Counted from the stretch's first letter, positions 9,198-19,435 are shown. The stretch is 64,000 nucleotides of DNA from a virus (IMGVR_UViG_3300027715_000010:30379-94378), one strand, 5' to 3'. Program-made: numbers and translations. Notes: generated by a model from the sequence alone, not told the origin.

Positions 9198-9992
9198 CTA
9201 TTCTATAATATCTGTTATTGCTTCGTCAAAAATAGAGTCAGGATCCGTAAGATCTACGATTCCTTGGTCTATTTTATATTGCTCTACGTAAGTATCTAAT
9301 TCTTCAATCTTATTTTGCATAGCTGGATCGTTGTAGATATTAGCTATAACTTTCTTAATAATTTTTGCGTCTGTAATTGGTGGATATAAATGACCTAATA
9401 CAGTAAACTCCAACTTCCAGGTTATCATACGTGTTGTTGCCAATTCACCATCATAAGAATCCTCGTGAGTAATAGATTTATAGATAATCTGAAGATCCCT
9501 AGTAATACCTAATTGCGGTATATCTTTTAAGGTTACTGATAGATTTGGTGTAAAGTATGGTAGAATCTGCTCTATAATCTGTAAACCATCATCTAGATTC
9601 TTACTCATTATATTCAAGGCAAAGTTAAACTTATATGGTATCGGATTAAGTTGCTTCAACATACTTGTAAGTTCTTGTGGTTGAAGTATCTTGTCAGTAT
9701 TACTAATCATAGTAGTTAACTTACGGCTAGCATCATATTCCATACCAGTCATTTCAAAAGACATTCTAGGCAAAAGCATTCTAATGTTGGTCTTACCACC
9801 GATCTGTCTTCTTTGTGCTTGCTCTTGAATTGCTCTTAACCATTTATGCTTTGGTCCATAAGATAATGGAACCTTGATAGTTTGAACTTCATTACCATTA
9901 GCATCCGTTCTTACAATAGATATATTATTGAATACAGTACCAAAGGCAGATACGATTCTTCTAGTTGTAGCAAAATAAAAAGTTTGAAACAT
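9198..9992 (-). CDS. gp15: Tail sheath terminator gp15
   Basis: AFGTVFNNI, KVPLSYGPK, LPRMSFEM, QIIEQILPYF. Confidence 0.95.
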   Translation of the reverse strand: MFQTFYFATTRRIVSAFGTVFNNISIVRTDANGNEVQTIKVPLSYGPKHKWLRAIQEQAQRRQIGGKTNIRMLLPRMSFEMTGMEYDASRKLTTMISNTDKILQPQELTSMLKQLNPIPYKFNFALNIMSKNLDDGLQIIEQILPYFTPNLSVTLKDIPQLGITRDLQIIYKSITHEDSYDGELATTRMITWKLEFTVLGHLYPPITDAKIIKKVIANIYNDPAMQNKIEELDTYVEQYKIDQGIVDLTDPDSIFDEAITDIIE

Positions 9993-10621
9993 TATACTTC
10001 TCCAAATGGATTATTCTCATCAAAATCAAGAATAACATCACCTTCTTCTTGTATCGGTGTATTTTCTGCAAAGGCATCGTTTAAAGTATTGTTTAGATTC
10101 TCAAATGTTTTCTGTATATTATCAACATCTTGATTACCAGTATTAAGAGTCTCTTGGCTGTATGTAAATAACTCACACTTGAACTTATATTGACTTTGCT
10201 TACTTAAACTATAAAACGGACTTTCATCTTCAACATACTTGATTTCAAAAAGTGCTTTACCTACTGGAAAGTAGATTATATCACCTGGTCTTGGTATATA
10301 GTTCTCTGTTATCTCTTCAAACCTACGTCTTGCTACCGTCAAATCAAAAACATCTGGTATATCTAAACCAAACTTTGTTAATAAATCACTGGTACCATAA
10401 CCATCTTTAGAATCTACATAAGCTTCTATTGTCCAGTACTTATTAAATGCACTCAAAACATCTTCACCGAAGATCTTATCTTCCTTTACGAGAGTTCGTG
10501 GAGCATAAATAATATCGTGACCGGTAATCTTTATTAATTCACTAGCGAGGTCATCCACCAGATTTTGCTCTGGTGTAGCACCGATTCCTTTACCACTTTG
10601 AAAAATGTTATTAACTGGCAT
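9992..10621 (-). CDS. gp14: Neck protein gp14
   Basis: IIYAPRTLV, LTKFGL, PRPGDIIYFP, FEIKYVE. Confidence 0.95.
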   Translation of the reverse strand: MPVNNIFQSGKGIGATPEQNLVDDLASELIKITGHDIIYAPRTLVKEDKIFGEDVLSAFNKYWTIEAYVDSKDGYGTSDLLTKFGLDIPDVFDLTVARRRFEEITENYIPRPGDIIYFPVGKALFEIKYVEDESPFYSLSKQSQYKFKCELFTYSQETLNTGNQDVDNIQKTFENLNNTLNDAFAENTPIQEEGDVILDFDENNPFGEV

Positions 10622-10633
10622 ATTCTTTTCCTA

Positions 10634-10664
10634 TATAAATATATACTTTATACTATTATTTATA
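10634..10664. promoter_or_regulatory. Face-to-face late promoters (plus 10634-10641; minus 10657-10664)
   Basis: TATAAATA on both strands between gp14 (minus) and the LRR gene (plus). Confidence 0.65.
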
Positions 10665-10689
10665 CGGTTTGCTTTTGGAGATAATAAAA

Positions 10690-11109
10690 ATGCTTAAAAC
10701 TGAATTAGACTTGTTGGAATCCCTTAGGAAGATATATTTTCTTAAGAACTCCAATGTTTTAGATTATACCATACGTGAAGATGGACGCTTTGAACTGTTT
10801 GGGGATATAGATCTACGTTGTTGTGGTCTTATCAAACTACCAGATTTATCAAATGTTATTCTCAATGGTGATTTTAATTGCTCGGATAATGTGTATCTTG
10901 ACTCACTAGTAGGAGCACCAAAGGTAATTAATGGGGATTTTACTTGCAATAATACCTCAATAGAATCATTATACGGTTCTCCGGTAGTAGTTAAAGGTGA
11001 CTTTGACGTTTCGGATAATAATAAACTATACTCTGAAATACATAGTCCAACATTAGTCGGAAGCTATAAAAGGAATAACTGTAAATGCCTAACACCAAGG
11101 ATTAATTAA
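10690..11109 (+). CDS. Leucine-rich-repeat-like protein
   Basis: Repeats LDSLVGAPKVINGDF / IESLYGSPVVVKGDF; start revised to ATG 10690 (GGAG upstream). Confidence 0.75.
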   Translation: MLKTELDLLESLRKIYFLKNSNVLDYTIREDGRFELFGDIDLRCCGLIKLPDLSNVILNGDFNCSDNVYLDSLVGAPKVINGDFTCNNTSIESLYGSPVVVKGDFDVSDNNKLYSEIHSPTLVGSYKRNNCKCLTPRIN

Positions 11110-11110
11110 G

Positions 11111-11419
11111 ATGAAACAAGAACTATTCCGTAAACCAATTCCAAATGGATCTTCGGTAAAATACTCCGATGGATCTATTGGAGAGTGTGTTGCTAACTCT
11201 GATACCTACTCTATCTGCAGTCATTTTAATGATGAAATCAATAGAGTAGAACTAGTTTTATACCAACCAGCAGAATTTAAGTGTTTTGTTGAAGTTATAG
11301 AAGGCGATAAGGTTTATCTAAAAGAAACTAATCTTCAGATAACTCTTTACTGTGATAAAAATAGTAGAAAACCTTGTAAGGTATGCTCGGAAGAGTTACT
11401 ACCTAAACTAAACATTTGA
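11111..11419 (+). CDS. Hypothetical protein
   Basis: ATG directly after LRR stop; 102 aa, Cys-rich. Confidence 0.65.
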   Translation: MKQELFRKPIPNGSSVKYSDGSIGECVANSDTYSICSHFNDEINRVELVLYQPAEFKCFVEVIEGDKVYLKETNLQITLYCDKNSRKPCKVCSEELLPKLNI

Positions 11420-12041
11420 TAATCAATAATAAACAACCAATAAAAAATCCTGTACTCAATTCTGCGTTCTTCGTGCAATCTATATTATGTGCAACGCAGA
11501 ATTTCAAGAGTAATGAATTCCATATCCAATAGATATATCCAAACAACATCATTCCATAACCTATACAGAAAATCCAAGGATTACTAAAATACCAGGCTAG
11601 ACCAGCAGTCATCGGTAGCAAATATAATCCCCGAAGTGTCATTCCAAGAAGACAATACCCATCTTTATCGGGATCTGTCATATTAGATGGCGTCACAATC
11701 CCATTGTCTTGGCTCGTGGTGTAGGCAAAATTAATTATGGTGTCAACCCACCCAATTTCTTTTGAATTAATTGATTCAGCAGATCCAAAGTGAAATCCAA
11801 AGTATTTACCCCAACCGGGAGCTGCCCAGATAAGATATCCAATAGCAGTGATTAGACCAACTTTGTAATCATTGAATAAAACACCAGAGATAATACCCAT
11901 TATATAAGTTGCGACTAGTCTACCGTGAGTAATTACTGGAATAGATATTCCGTGGGATTTCAACCAGGCTTTTATGTTTATGATATTACCACCACGAATA
12001 GCATTAGCTATAGATGATAGTATTAGGAAAAGGATTGACAT
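11403..12041 (-). CDS. Multi-pass membrane protein
   Basis: Several hydrophobic helices. Confidence 0.7.
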   Translation of the reverse strand: MSILFLILSSIANAIRGGNIINIKAWLKSHGISIPVITHGRLVATYIMGIISGVLFNDYKVGLITAIGYLIWAAPGWGKYFGFHFGSAESINSKEIGWVDTIINFAYTTSQDNGIVTPSNMTDPDKDGYCLLGMTLRGLYLLPMTAGLAWYFSNPWIFCIGYGMMLFGYIYWIWNSLLLKFCVAHNIDCTKNAELSTGFFIGCLLLIIKCLV

Positions 12042-12042
12042 A

Positions 12043-13263
12043 TTATAGTCCTTTTAATAGGGATTTCAAGAATTCCTCAACTTCAGCATTTAGACGGTCA
12101 CCATTGAAGTAATAACCAAAGATCTCAGCAAACCATTCGGAAGAATTGGTTTTTGAGTATTGTGATGGAAAAGGACTGATATCCTTTTGTTGCATCTTAC
12201 TAACTTGGTCTTGTACTGCTGGTATATCTTTAAGAAATCTACCTGGGTCGTTTGATGTATAACCTAGATATGTTGGTTGACTTGGATCCTTAGCTTTTGG
12301 ATTTGGGATCTTAAACTTGATTGTTTTACCAAGATATTCTGTAATCTCAATAGATGGAAACTTGTTATGTTTCAGGGTCTTACCAATAAGTGGTGTAATT
12401 ATATCTTTTAGTTTATCATTGGTAGTATCTTGTCTATAGAACTTTAAAAAGGTATCCATAATAAGTTGTCTTTTAGAACTTAGATTATGATAATACAATC
12501 TATGAGCATATTCGTGGGCTAGTGTTTGTAAAAAATAATTGCCGGATCCCAACTTATCCATACCAATGAGTATATAACCGTCATTTAGATCGTAAGTTGC
12601 AATCGCGCCACGTTCTGCTTTTTTATTAAATATAATTGTTGTGCCAATAAAGCCTCTATCTGCTCCTTCTGCACGAAGTTTAGAATAGAATTGCTTGAGT
12701 ACATCTAATGCTTTTGGTTTATCTTTATCTTCTATGTTATAATAGACAGTTGCACCATTATAGGTGTCTACAATGGATTCTTCTTTATTGGTTGGTTTTT
12801 CAATACCAGTTATACGAAGGATTTGCTCATCTTTTACATTTAATGCAGACAACTTGATATAAGCTTGACTACGGTTTATTGTAGATATCTTACCATACTT
12901 TGCTAAAATTGGATTTGCTAGTAGTTCCCGCATTTGTCCTTCAGATCCAACACGGGTATATAATACCATAAAGTAAAGAACTGCAGCATCATCTTTATAC
13001 TTTGAGTTATAATACTCTAGGAAGTTAGTATATTTATTTTGCATAGCTGGATCTTTATTGAATACGCTGCTTTCTTCTTTGTATCTAATAGTTGCATCTT
13101 TATATGCTTTATTCAAAATTGTTGTCTTTGGTTCGTAGCATATAAAACTATCTGATGATTTTAGATCTTTACCATTAGCACTAACTATTACAATTTCAGG
13201 AGCAGAAGGTTTGTAGATATCCTTTGTAATATAAGATAGCATCGGATTCTGTGAAAAATACAT
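12043..13263 (-). CDS. Zincin-like metallopeptidase domain protein
   Basis: LAHEYAH (HExxH) plus distal SQYSKTNSSEWFAEIF third-ligand motif. Confidence 0.75.
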   Translation of the reverse strand: MYFSQNPMLSYITKDIYKPSAPEIVIVSANGKDLKSSDSFICYEPKTTILNKAYKDATIRYKEESSVFNKDPAMQNKYTNFLEYYNSKYKDDAAVLYFMVLYTRVGSEGQMRELLANPILAKYGKISTINRSQAYIKLSALNVKDEQILRITGIEKPTNKEESIVDTYNGATVYYNIEDKDKPKALDVLKQFYSKLRAEGADRGFIGTTIIFNKKAERGAIATYDLNDGYILIGMDKLGSGNYFLQTLAHEYAHRLYYHNLSSKRQLIMDTFLKFYRQDTTNDKLKDIITPLIGKTLKHNKFPSIEITEYLGKTIKFKIPNPKAKDPSQPTYLGYTSNDPGRFLKDIPAVQDQVSKMQQKDISPFPSQYSKTNSSEWFAEIFGYYFNGDRLNAEVEEFLKSLLKGL

Positions 13264-13268
13264 TGTTT

Positions 13269-14027
13269 CTATCCTACGAATAAATCACAAGGTAATTCAT
13301 TGGTGCTACGAATTTCTTCTTCTAACTCTTTGATTTCTGCAATAGCTTCATCATAGACTTCTTTACCATTCATAGTAACCCCACCTGGGAGTTGTACACC
13401 ATTAAACTTTTTCATATTATTACCCCATTGTCTTTTAATCAATGAAGTAGTATATTTTTTCAACCAGATATTATCCCACACCTTAGGCCATTGGTTCTGG
13501 TCTAACTGATAATAACCATAGAGTACTATCTGACCGTAATCAGTCTTAATTCTTGATAAATCATCTTCAATATACAACCGGTTAGTTATCCTATTGAAAT
13601 GAAAGGACTTTGCTTTGTTAAACATAAAATCAATTAAAGCAAGATGTTGTTGGTTCTGGTAGATATACGCCATATTACCAGCCTTGGAATACATACCTTG
13701 ATTAAGATATAAGTCCGTCATATGCATTTGGTATCTAATATCAAATAATGAACGGTCAAACCAAGCAGATGCAACATCCAAAGGTAAAACTCTTGTAATA
13801 GCAAACAAAGCATCTGGTATCTCAAGGAATCCAGCAGTTACGTCAGCATCGGTAACACTGTGAATAACCCAGCTTTCTTGAACTGCGTCAAAGTGATATT
13901 CTTTGAAGACTTGTAATGCTTCATCTATGCGATCTTCTACTTGGGTATCTGCAACATTTATCTCTATGGCAGGAGCACCAAGTTTTCTTAAACAATAATC
14001 TTTTAATTCCGTTCTTGTACTTAACAT
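13269..14027 (-). CDS. gp13: Neck protein gp13
   Basis: YCLRKLGAPAIEINV, KRQWGNNMKKF, QLPGGVTMNG. Confidence 0.96.
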   Translation of the reverse strand: MLSTRTELKDYCLRKLGAPAIEINVADTQVEDRIDEALQVFKEYHFDAVQESWVIHSVTDADVTAGFLEIPDALFAITRVLPLDVASAWFDRSLFDIRYQMHMTDLYLNQGMYSKAGNMAYIYQNQQHLALIDFMFNKAKSFHFNRITNRLYIEDDLSRIKTDYGQIVLYGYYQLDQNQWPKVWDNIWLKKYTTSLIKRQWGNNMKKFNGVQLPGGVTMNGKEVYDEAIAEIKELEEEIRSTNELPCDLFVG

Positions 14028-14028
14028 T

Positions 14029-14388
14029 TTAAGCCACCGTATTTAAGTGAGTAATTTCTGGTTTGACTGTTGCAATACCTTCAAAAACTCTATACACTAC
14101 ATTTTCTGTATTGATTGCCGCAAAGATCTCAACGTCATACAAGTATCTCTTTGCTGGTATGGCAGAACTATCTTCGGAACTTAGATGCAATTCTATCACG
14201 ATTCCGTTACTATCATTGATTAAAGCAGTATCAAGTGTATAGTAAGTCTCATTATCAGTTGTTTCTCTTAAAAAGCATCTTGCCGAAAACTCGGACAAGT
14301 CTAATGTAAGAAAAGCATCCGGTAAATCAATAGATTGACGATAGGTCTCACCTTGATTGATATATAGATTTTTGTATGTTGCAGTCAT
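14029..14388 (-). CDS. Conserved T4-like virion structural protein
   Basis: NLYINQGETY, RYLYDVEI, RVFEGIATVKPEIT; late promoter directly upstream. Confidence 0.75.
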   Translation of the reverse strand: MTATYKNLYINQGETYRQSIDLPDAFLTLDLSEFSARCFLRETTDNETYYTLDTALINDSNGIVIELHLSSEDSSAIPAKRYLYDVEIFAAINTENVVYRVFEGIATVKPEITHLNTVA

Positions 14389-14408
14389 TTTTAGTCCTCT
14401 TTGTTATC

Positions 14409-14416
14409 TATTTATA
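14409..14416 (-). promoter_or_regulatory. Late promoter TATAAATA
   Basis: Exact consensus upstream of the 14388 gene and gp13. Confidence 0.7.
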
Positions 14417-14705
14417 ATTTTGGTTTAGGACCAAAGTCTTTTGGTGAGCTTTTCTTCTTATTGTTGTTTAGAGCATCTGCAACGTCACTATGCTTTTTAT
14501 CTAATTCTTCTGGCATAGCTATTCCAAAGTGTTTTGGCATTCCAGCTTTTATGCACTCATTATTGACAGTTACCATAAACCAGTATAATTCATCTTCGTA
14601 TTTTATGAATTCTTTGCCTGTTTTGTCTGTATTACCACCAAGTCTTCTTAATCTTTCAAAAGCAGCTATTACAGCTGGCACCTCAAATATGGATTCTATT
14701 GACAA
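14412..14705 (-). CDS. Hypothetical protein
   Basis: Tightly packed ORF in operon. Confidence 0.65.
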   Translation of the reverse strand: MSIESIFEVPAVIAAFERLRRLGGNTDKTGKEFIKYEDELYWFMVTVNNECIKAGMPKHFGIAMPEELDKKHSDVADALNNNKKKSSPKDFGPKPKL

Positions 14706-14709
14706 GATC

Positions 14710-14904
14710 TTATTCCTCTATTTTGTATCCACAGAGAAGCGCAAGCTCATCCATAGACATTCTGTTCTCCATTAGACCAACTTTGACTTCAAAACTAGTG
14801 TTTATAAAGTCCAGTGTGTCCACCCGTTTATGAGTAAATTGCATTTTCTGCTTTAATTCTATAAGTTTATTGAACTTAGATTTTAAGCTTTCTATATCTT
14901 TCAT
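14710..14904 (-). CDS. Hypothetical protein (paralog of 14904-15125)
   Basis: DIESLKSKFNKLI...MSMDELALLCGY. Confidence 0.65.
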   Translation of the reverse strand: MKDIESLKSKFNKLIELKQKMQFTHKRVDTLDFINTSFEVKVGLMENRMSMDELALLCGYKIEE

Positions 14905-15125
14905 TACTTTACTTTTGGTTGATAACCTGATAAATCGGATAATTGTTGTAATGATATATCATACTTCTGGCAGCCATCTTGTATATAACAAGAAAGATTG
15001 ATAGACTTTTCCAATAGTTCTTCTGATGGATTCTTAACATATTCAGAATCCACTTGTATTAAACTATTGAAAGCTAATGTTAAACTAGCTATATCATCCA
15101 ATCCAGCATTATCTAATTTTGTCAT
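14904..15125 (-). CDS. Hypothetical protein (paralog of 14710-14904)
   Basis: DIASLTLAFNSLI...ISLQQLSDLSGY. Confidence 0.65.
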   Translation of the reverse strand: MTKLDNAGLDDIASLTLAFNSLIQVDSEYVKNPSEELLEKSINLSCYIQDGCQKYDISLQQLSDLSGYQPKVK

Positions 15126-15526
15126 TTTGCTAAACCACTTTCTAAAGCATTGATTTCTGCACGCAATTTATCTCTTTGAGTATTTAGTTCCTCAACGTTA
15201 TAAGGTAATTCTTTATTAACTAAGGAATACTCATAGCACTTTATAACACGAAAATCAGAATCTGCAAGTTCTTTTTTACGGCTTGCAATCTGGTTTAATG
15301 CTTCTTGACGTAAAGCAAATGCTTCTCTTTCTGCTTGTATCTTTGCTTCTTTGTCTTTTAGTTCTTTTGACTTTGTTTTCCAAGTCAACCCGCAAATATG
15401 ACTACCTTCTTGCACATAGATAACTTCTTCAACAGAACCATCTGGATGCTTAATAGTATCACCTAGTTTTACTGGCTCTTGATTTACCATTTTCTCGTCA
15501 AACTTAGCTTTTGTATATTGTGTCAT
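15122..15526 (-). CDS. Putative tail fibre assembly chaperone
   Basis: C-terminal LADSDFRVIKCYE...RDKLRAEINAL, directly after fibre genes. Confidence 0.6.
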   Translation of the reverse strand: MTQYTKAKFDEKMVNQEPVKLGDTIKHPDGSVEEVIYVQEGSHICGLTWKTKSKELKDKEAKIQAEREAFALRQEALNQIASRKKELADSDFRVIKCYEYSLVNKELPYNVEELNTQRDKLRAEINALESGLAK

Positions 15527-15530
15527 TATA

Positions 15531-16607
15531 TTAAACTCTCTTTATAGTTTTTAATCTAATTGTTGAACTTGTTTGGAATCCACCATTAAATGTAATTGAT
15601 GTTATATTATCTGCTGTATTGGTCCACATAGTGGCAAACGTTCCAGCATAAGCAGGAGTTCCGTCATTACCATCAACTTCAAAATAATCTATTGCACCAC
15701 AACGAACTCTTCCAGTAGCAGCATAGATAGAACCATAACAACATCTATTTACCGTTGTTGCAGCAGTACCATAAGTTAAAATCATAGCAGAACCACCAGT
15801 AAATCCTTCACCAGTGAAACTATTTACACCACCTGACCATTTACCATATTGTGAAGAATATGCATAATTAGCACCGGTATCAGCATTTAGATTTAATGTA
15901 GCAGAATCTCCGTGGTGTCTTATTTCTATATCATAGATCTTATCTACGTTTCCATTTAGACCTGTAATAGTAACTGGACTTGTTGTATTCAATAAACCAC
16001 TATCATAAACTGCGGTAAAACAATTAGCATTCAAAGACTTAGTTGTCATTGTGTTAAATAACTTACCAGTAGTATTCTGTGTCCGTTTCATTAGACAGAT
16101 ATAAGTTCCAGCACCCATATTACCAGATAGTACAATAGATGTTAGATTATCTGCTGTGTTAGTCCATTGGTTAGTAAAGTTGAAAGTCCAAGGGAATTGT
16201 GAAGCTGCAAGACCATAATTCATTCTACCAATAATAGAACGTTTTCTACCGGACTTTGCAAAGATTCTTATATCAGAGAAACCAGGTTGGTTTCCAGCAT
16301 TGATATAAGTTGCATACGCAGCAGATGAACCAGTTCCGATTATAGCACCACCAGCAGAACTTGTATAGAAAGTATATGTGATCGTATAATTGTTTATAGA
16401 AGAATCGTTATTAAGATATAAAGATACCCAGTGAGCAGAGTCCGTAGTATGTGGTGCTCCAAAAATAATCAAACGATATTCTTCGTCCGTATTACCATCT
16501 AAACCACTAATGGTTACCGATGCAGCATCCCCGGTTAAAGTATTCTCATAAACGATTTGCTCTACATTATCAACAGAGCTTGAAGTAATACTATTAAAAG
16601 TTGTCAT
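15531..16607 (-). CDS. Tail fibre/adhesin protein with two tandem modules
   Basis: Start revised to MTTFN at 16607; repeated I(S/T)GL(D/N)GN..Y.L and WTNTADN(L/I)TSI modules. Confidence 0.7.
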   Translation of the reverse strand: MTTFNSITSSSVDNVEQIVYENTLTGDAASVTISGLDGNTDEEYRLIIFGAPHTTDSAHWVSLYLNNDSSINNYTITYTFYTSSAGGAIIGTGSSAAYATYINAGNQPGFSDIRIFAKSGRKRSIIGRMNYGLAASQFPWTFNFTNQWTNTADNLTSIVLSGNMGAGTYICLMKRTQNTTGKLFNTMTTKSLNANCFTAVYDSGLLNTTSPVTITGLNGNVDKIYDIEIRHHGDSATLNLNADTGANYAYSSQYGKWSGGVNSFTGEGFTGGSAMILTYGTAATTVNRCCYGSIYAATGRVRCGAIDYFEVDGNDGTPAYAGTFATMWTNTADNITSITFNGGFQTSSTIRLKTIKRV

Positions 16608-16608
16608 T

Positions 16609-17598
16609 TTATGAATTACCTCTTCTTGCCCAAAGTCTGATTTGTGTCCCACTATTCAAATAGCCGGGTACTGTATAGGTCTCAGTCATTTCCATTTCAC
16701 CAATAGAAACATAAGGATTGAGACAAGCAGTCGTGATATAAAATCTATAGTATCTATATGCTGTACTATTGGTTATTGCTTGGTTGACGATGTAAGTATT
16801 TGCCGTATTAGTTGAGTTAGTAGCAGAAGCAAGGTCAGTCCAGTTGCTATCGTCATTACTTCCTTGAAATACCCAAGCACCAGGTGCATAAGGATAAGAT
16901 GCATAATTACAAGTTAGAATCTTAAGATATGTAATAACCTTTGCATTACCACTACCGAAGTCATATTTCAACCAAGCAGGAAAAGATCCATTAGAAGCCC
17001 AAGAATCATTAGCATCCGCATTTGTTTTATTAAATGCTTTCCAGGCAGCACGAAGTTCTTCACTTGCAGATACAACACCACTTGGAGCAGTATTACTTGT
17101 CATTGTTGGGGTTGCTGATTGTGTAGCAGTTGTGCTTTGAGCAATTATCTTTAAGGAAGTGATATTAGTATTGTTTGGATTCCAGATATAGCCGTGTTTT
17201 CTGAAGGTAGTATTACCATTATCTATTGAAGTACAGATAGCAGAACGTTGATTATTTTGATATGGAAAAAGTCTCATAATACCAACATCACCATCAGCAC
17301 CATAACATAATGGAATACCTAAGTTTGTAGTTTGATATAAATTATAGATGGTTGAACTACCAGTAACTCCCCATTGATTACCAAAATAACTTGCTGAGTT
17401 GTCCGCATTTGGTTGGACAATCATATAACTAACTGCACCACCAGCAGAAACAACTTCAAGTCTATAATGTCTATCAGTGTCTCCGTCAAGTCCACTAATC
17501 GTAAAATCAGCAACATTAGAACCTAAAGTCGTGCTATAGATAAGTTGGTCTTCACCACCATATAACTTTGTTGTTCTTAATTTATTAAAGGTTGTCAT
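16609..17598 (-). CDS. Tail fibre/adhesin protein with F5/8 type C (discoidin)-like insert
   Basis: ISGLDGDTD module plus PTMTSNTAPSG...AWKAF...WLKYDFG...YRYYRFYIT. Confidence 0.7.
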   Translation of the reverse strand: MTTFNKLRTTKLYGGEDQLIYSTTLGSNVADFTISGLDGDTDRHYRLEVVSAGGAVSYMIVQPNADNSASYFGNQWGVTGSSTIYNLYQTTNLGIPLCYGADGDVGIMRLFPYQNNQRSAICTSIDNGNTTFRKHGYIWNPNNTNITSLKIIAQSTTATQSATPTMTSNTAPSGVVSASEELRAAWKAFNKTNADANDSWASNGSFPAWLKYDFGSGNAKVITYLKILTCNYASYPYAPGAWVFQGSNDDSNWTDLASATNSTNTANTYIVNQAITNSTAYRYYRFYITTACLNPYVSIGEMEMTETYTVPGYLNSGTQIRLWARRGNS

Positions 17599-17607
17599 TT
17601 ACTTACC

Positions 17608-19425
17608 TTATATGTAGATATAACTACAAGTTCCAGTAACCGTGATATTAGTAAAGTCATATATGCAACTATTAGTAGCAGCAGTATCAACATCAGGGAC
17701 AATCTGCTTACCGTTTGCGTCAAAGAATTGTATCAACAATCCGTAAGGAGCACTCAATGCTTTATTATGTGTAATCGTCAATTTATTTGCAGTTAGATTA
17801 GCACTTGTGAAAGTTCCTGTCGTAGAAGTTGCAATAATCAAGTCGTCAAGTTTTTGTGCAATCTTTTGAACTGTATCATCTGAAGTTGTTAGTTTACCGT
17901 CAAAGCCACTAGCATCTACTGTGATTGAAGTAGCAGGATGGCAAGCAAGTGCATTCCTGTTGCTTAATGATTGGTGGTCTGAAGGTGAAACACCACTTAT
18001 AATTGCAGATACACTTTGTCTGATTGGCATAACCGAAACAAGTTGAGCATTGCTTGGGGAGCTACCAGAAACACGTTGATAAGTCATTTTAGCAACTACA
18101 ACAAATTCTTTTACTGGTAAGTTGCCCATACTGAGTGTGCTAAAGTCAGAACCAGTTGCGTCAGCTAATGTCGTAAATAGATTTTGCCCCATTACGATAA
18201 AGATTTGATTACCAGCCCCACCAGTAGCAGGATTGAGTAATGCACCCATACAAACCCAATAGTTTACCCAACGGTTATTTGCTGTTACCGCAGTCATTTG
18301 CCACGTTCCAGCATTATTTTGATTGTAGTAAATATCAGTTCCGTTATCAAGAATACCAGTCACCGAAGTATAATTGGAAACAAACTCACCATTTGCGTCA
18401 GTTCCACTTCTACGAACGATTGTATATGGACCACTCTTAGCTACAGGATTGATTGTATGATATAAATCTTCATCTGCTAAAGTGCCACCAGCAACTGCAT
18501 AAGCCAAGTTTGTTGCACCAGCTGCATTAAGTGTATATCCACTAATAGCACCACCGGATACTAATACAGAACCACGGGTATTGTGCAAGTAATAGTGTGT
18601 AGCATTTGACATACCGGAATATGCTGGATGCCTTTCATCCCATAGATAACCAGCTTTTACTGTAGCATCTGCATTATATAAAACAGTTGCAACCCAGGCA
18701 GTAGATCCAAAATCAGGAATCGTATTAACTGTTGAAATAGTTAAAACACCAGAACTATTAAAATAATAAACATACATACCACTTGCATCTGGATGAGCAG
18801 CTATTGTTTGTGTGGTTAAAGTATATCTTACACCATTGACATAAGCATAAACATTACCAGCAATCGTTAGAGTTAGTTTTCTATGATTTGGATTTGTACC
18901 ACCACTATAATTATTATCATAAGTGATTGTAATACCAGTAGAATTTTCAATACCATTGTATGAAGGTAAAGATAACTTTGTTCTATCAAAAGCTTGGTTT
19001 GATATTCCAGTAATCAATCCTTTTTGATTTACAGTTACTGCTGGAATTGTTATAGTATCACCATAAGTTCCAGGAGTTCCAACTAAAGAATCTGCTAAAG
19101 TTGTTGAAAAAGTACCAGTTCCGGTTCCAGTTACGGCACCAGTTAAAGTAATTGTTTGGTCACCTGTATTAGATCCAGTGATTGTAGCATTACCATTAAG
19201 AGTTAAAGTTCTATCTGTATCTCCGGTAATAATGTTTAGTATTCTATCACCAGTAAGATCTTCATTTACTCTTAAAGTTAAATAATGTGATGGATTAATA
19301 TAATCTTGTAATTTGACCGTTGTAGCAATCAAAGGGGAAGGACCATTCACAAAGCTTATAACTTGATTGGTTCTCTGTCTCCAGGTGTCTATTGTATCTG
19401 TATTATTTACTATACTTATTGTCAT
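17608..19425 (-). CDS. Tail fibre-like protein
   Basis: N-terminal DTIDTWRQRTN anchor motif; Thr/Gly-rich; VTVNQKGLIT fibre repeat. Confidence 0.75.
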   Translation of the reverse strand: MTISIVNNTDTIDTWRQRTNQVISFVNGPSPLIATTVKLQDYINPSHYLTLRVNEDLTGDRILNIITGDTDRTLTLNGNATITGSNTGDQTITLTGAVTGTGTGTFSTTLADSLVGTPGTYGDTITIPAVTVNQKGLITGISNQAFDRTKLSLPSYNGIENSTGITITYDNNYSGGTNPNHRKLTLTIAGNVYAYVNGVRYTLTTQTIAAHPDASGMYVYYFNSSGVLTISTVNTIPDFGSTAWVATVLYNADATVKAGYLWDERHPAYSGMSNATHYYLHNTRGSVLVSGGAISGYTLNAAGATNLAYAVAGGTLADEDLYHTINPVAKSGPYTIVRRSGTDANGEFVSNYTSVTGILDNGTDIYYNQNNAGTWQMTAVTANNRWVNYWVCMGALLNPATGGAGNQIFIVMGQNLFTTLADATGSDFSTLSMGNLPVKEFVVVAKMTYQRVSGSSPSNAQLVSVMPIRQSVSAIISGVSPSDHQSLSNRNALACHPATSITVDASGFDGKLTTSDDTVQKIAQKLDDLIIATSTTGTFTSANLTANKLTITHNKALSAPYGLLIQFFDANGKQIVPDVDTAATNSCIYDFTNITVTGTCSYIYI

Positions 19426-19435
19426 TTCTTAATTC

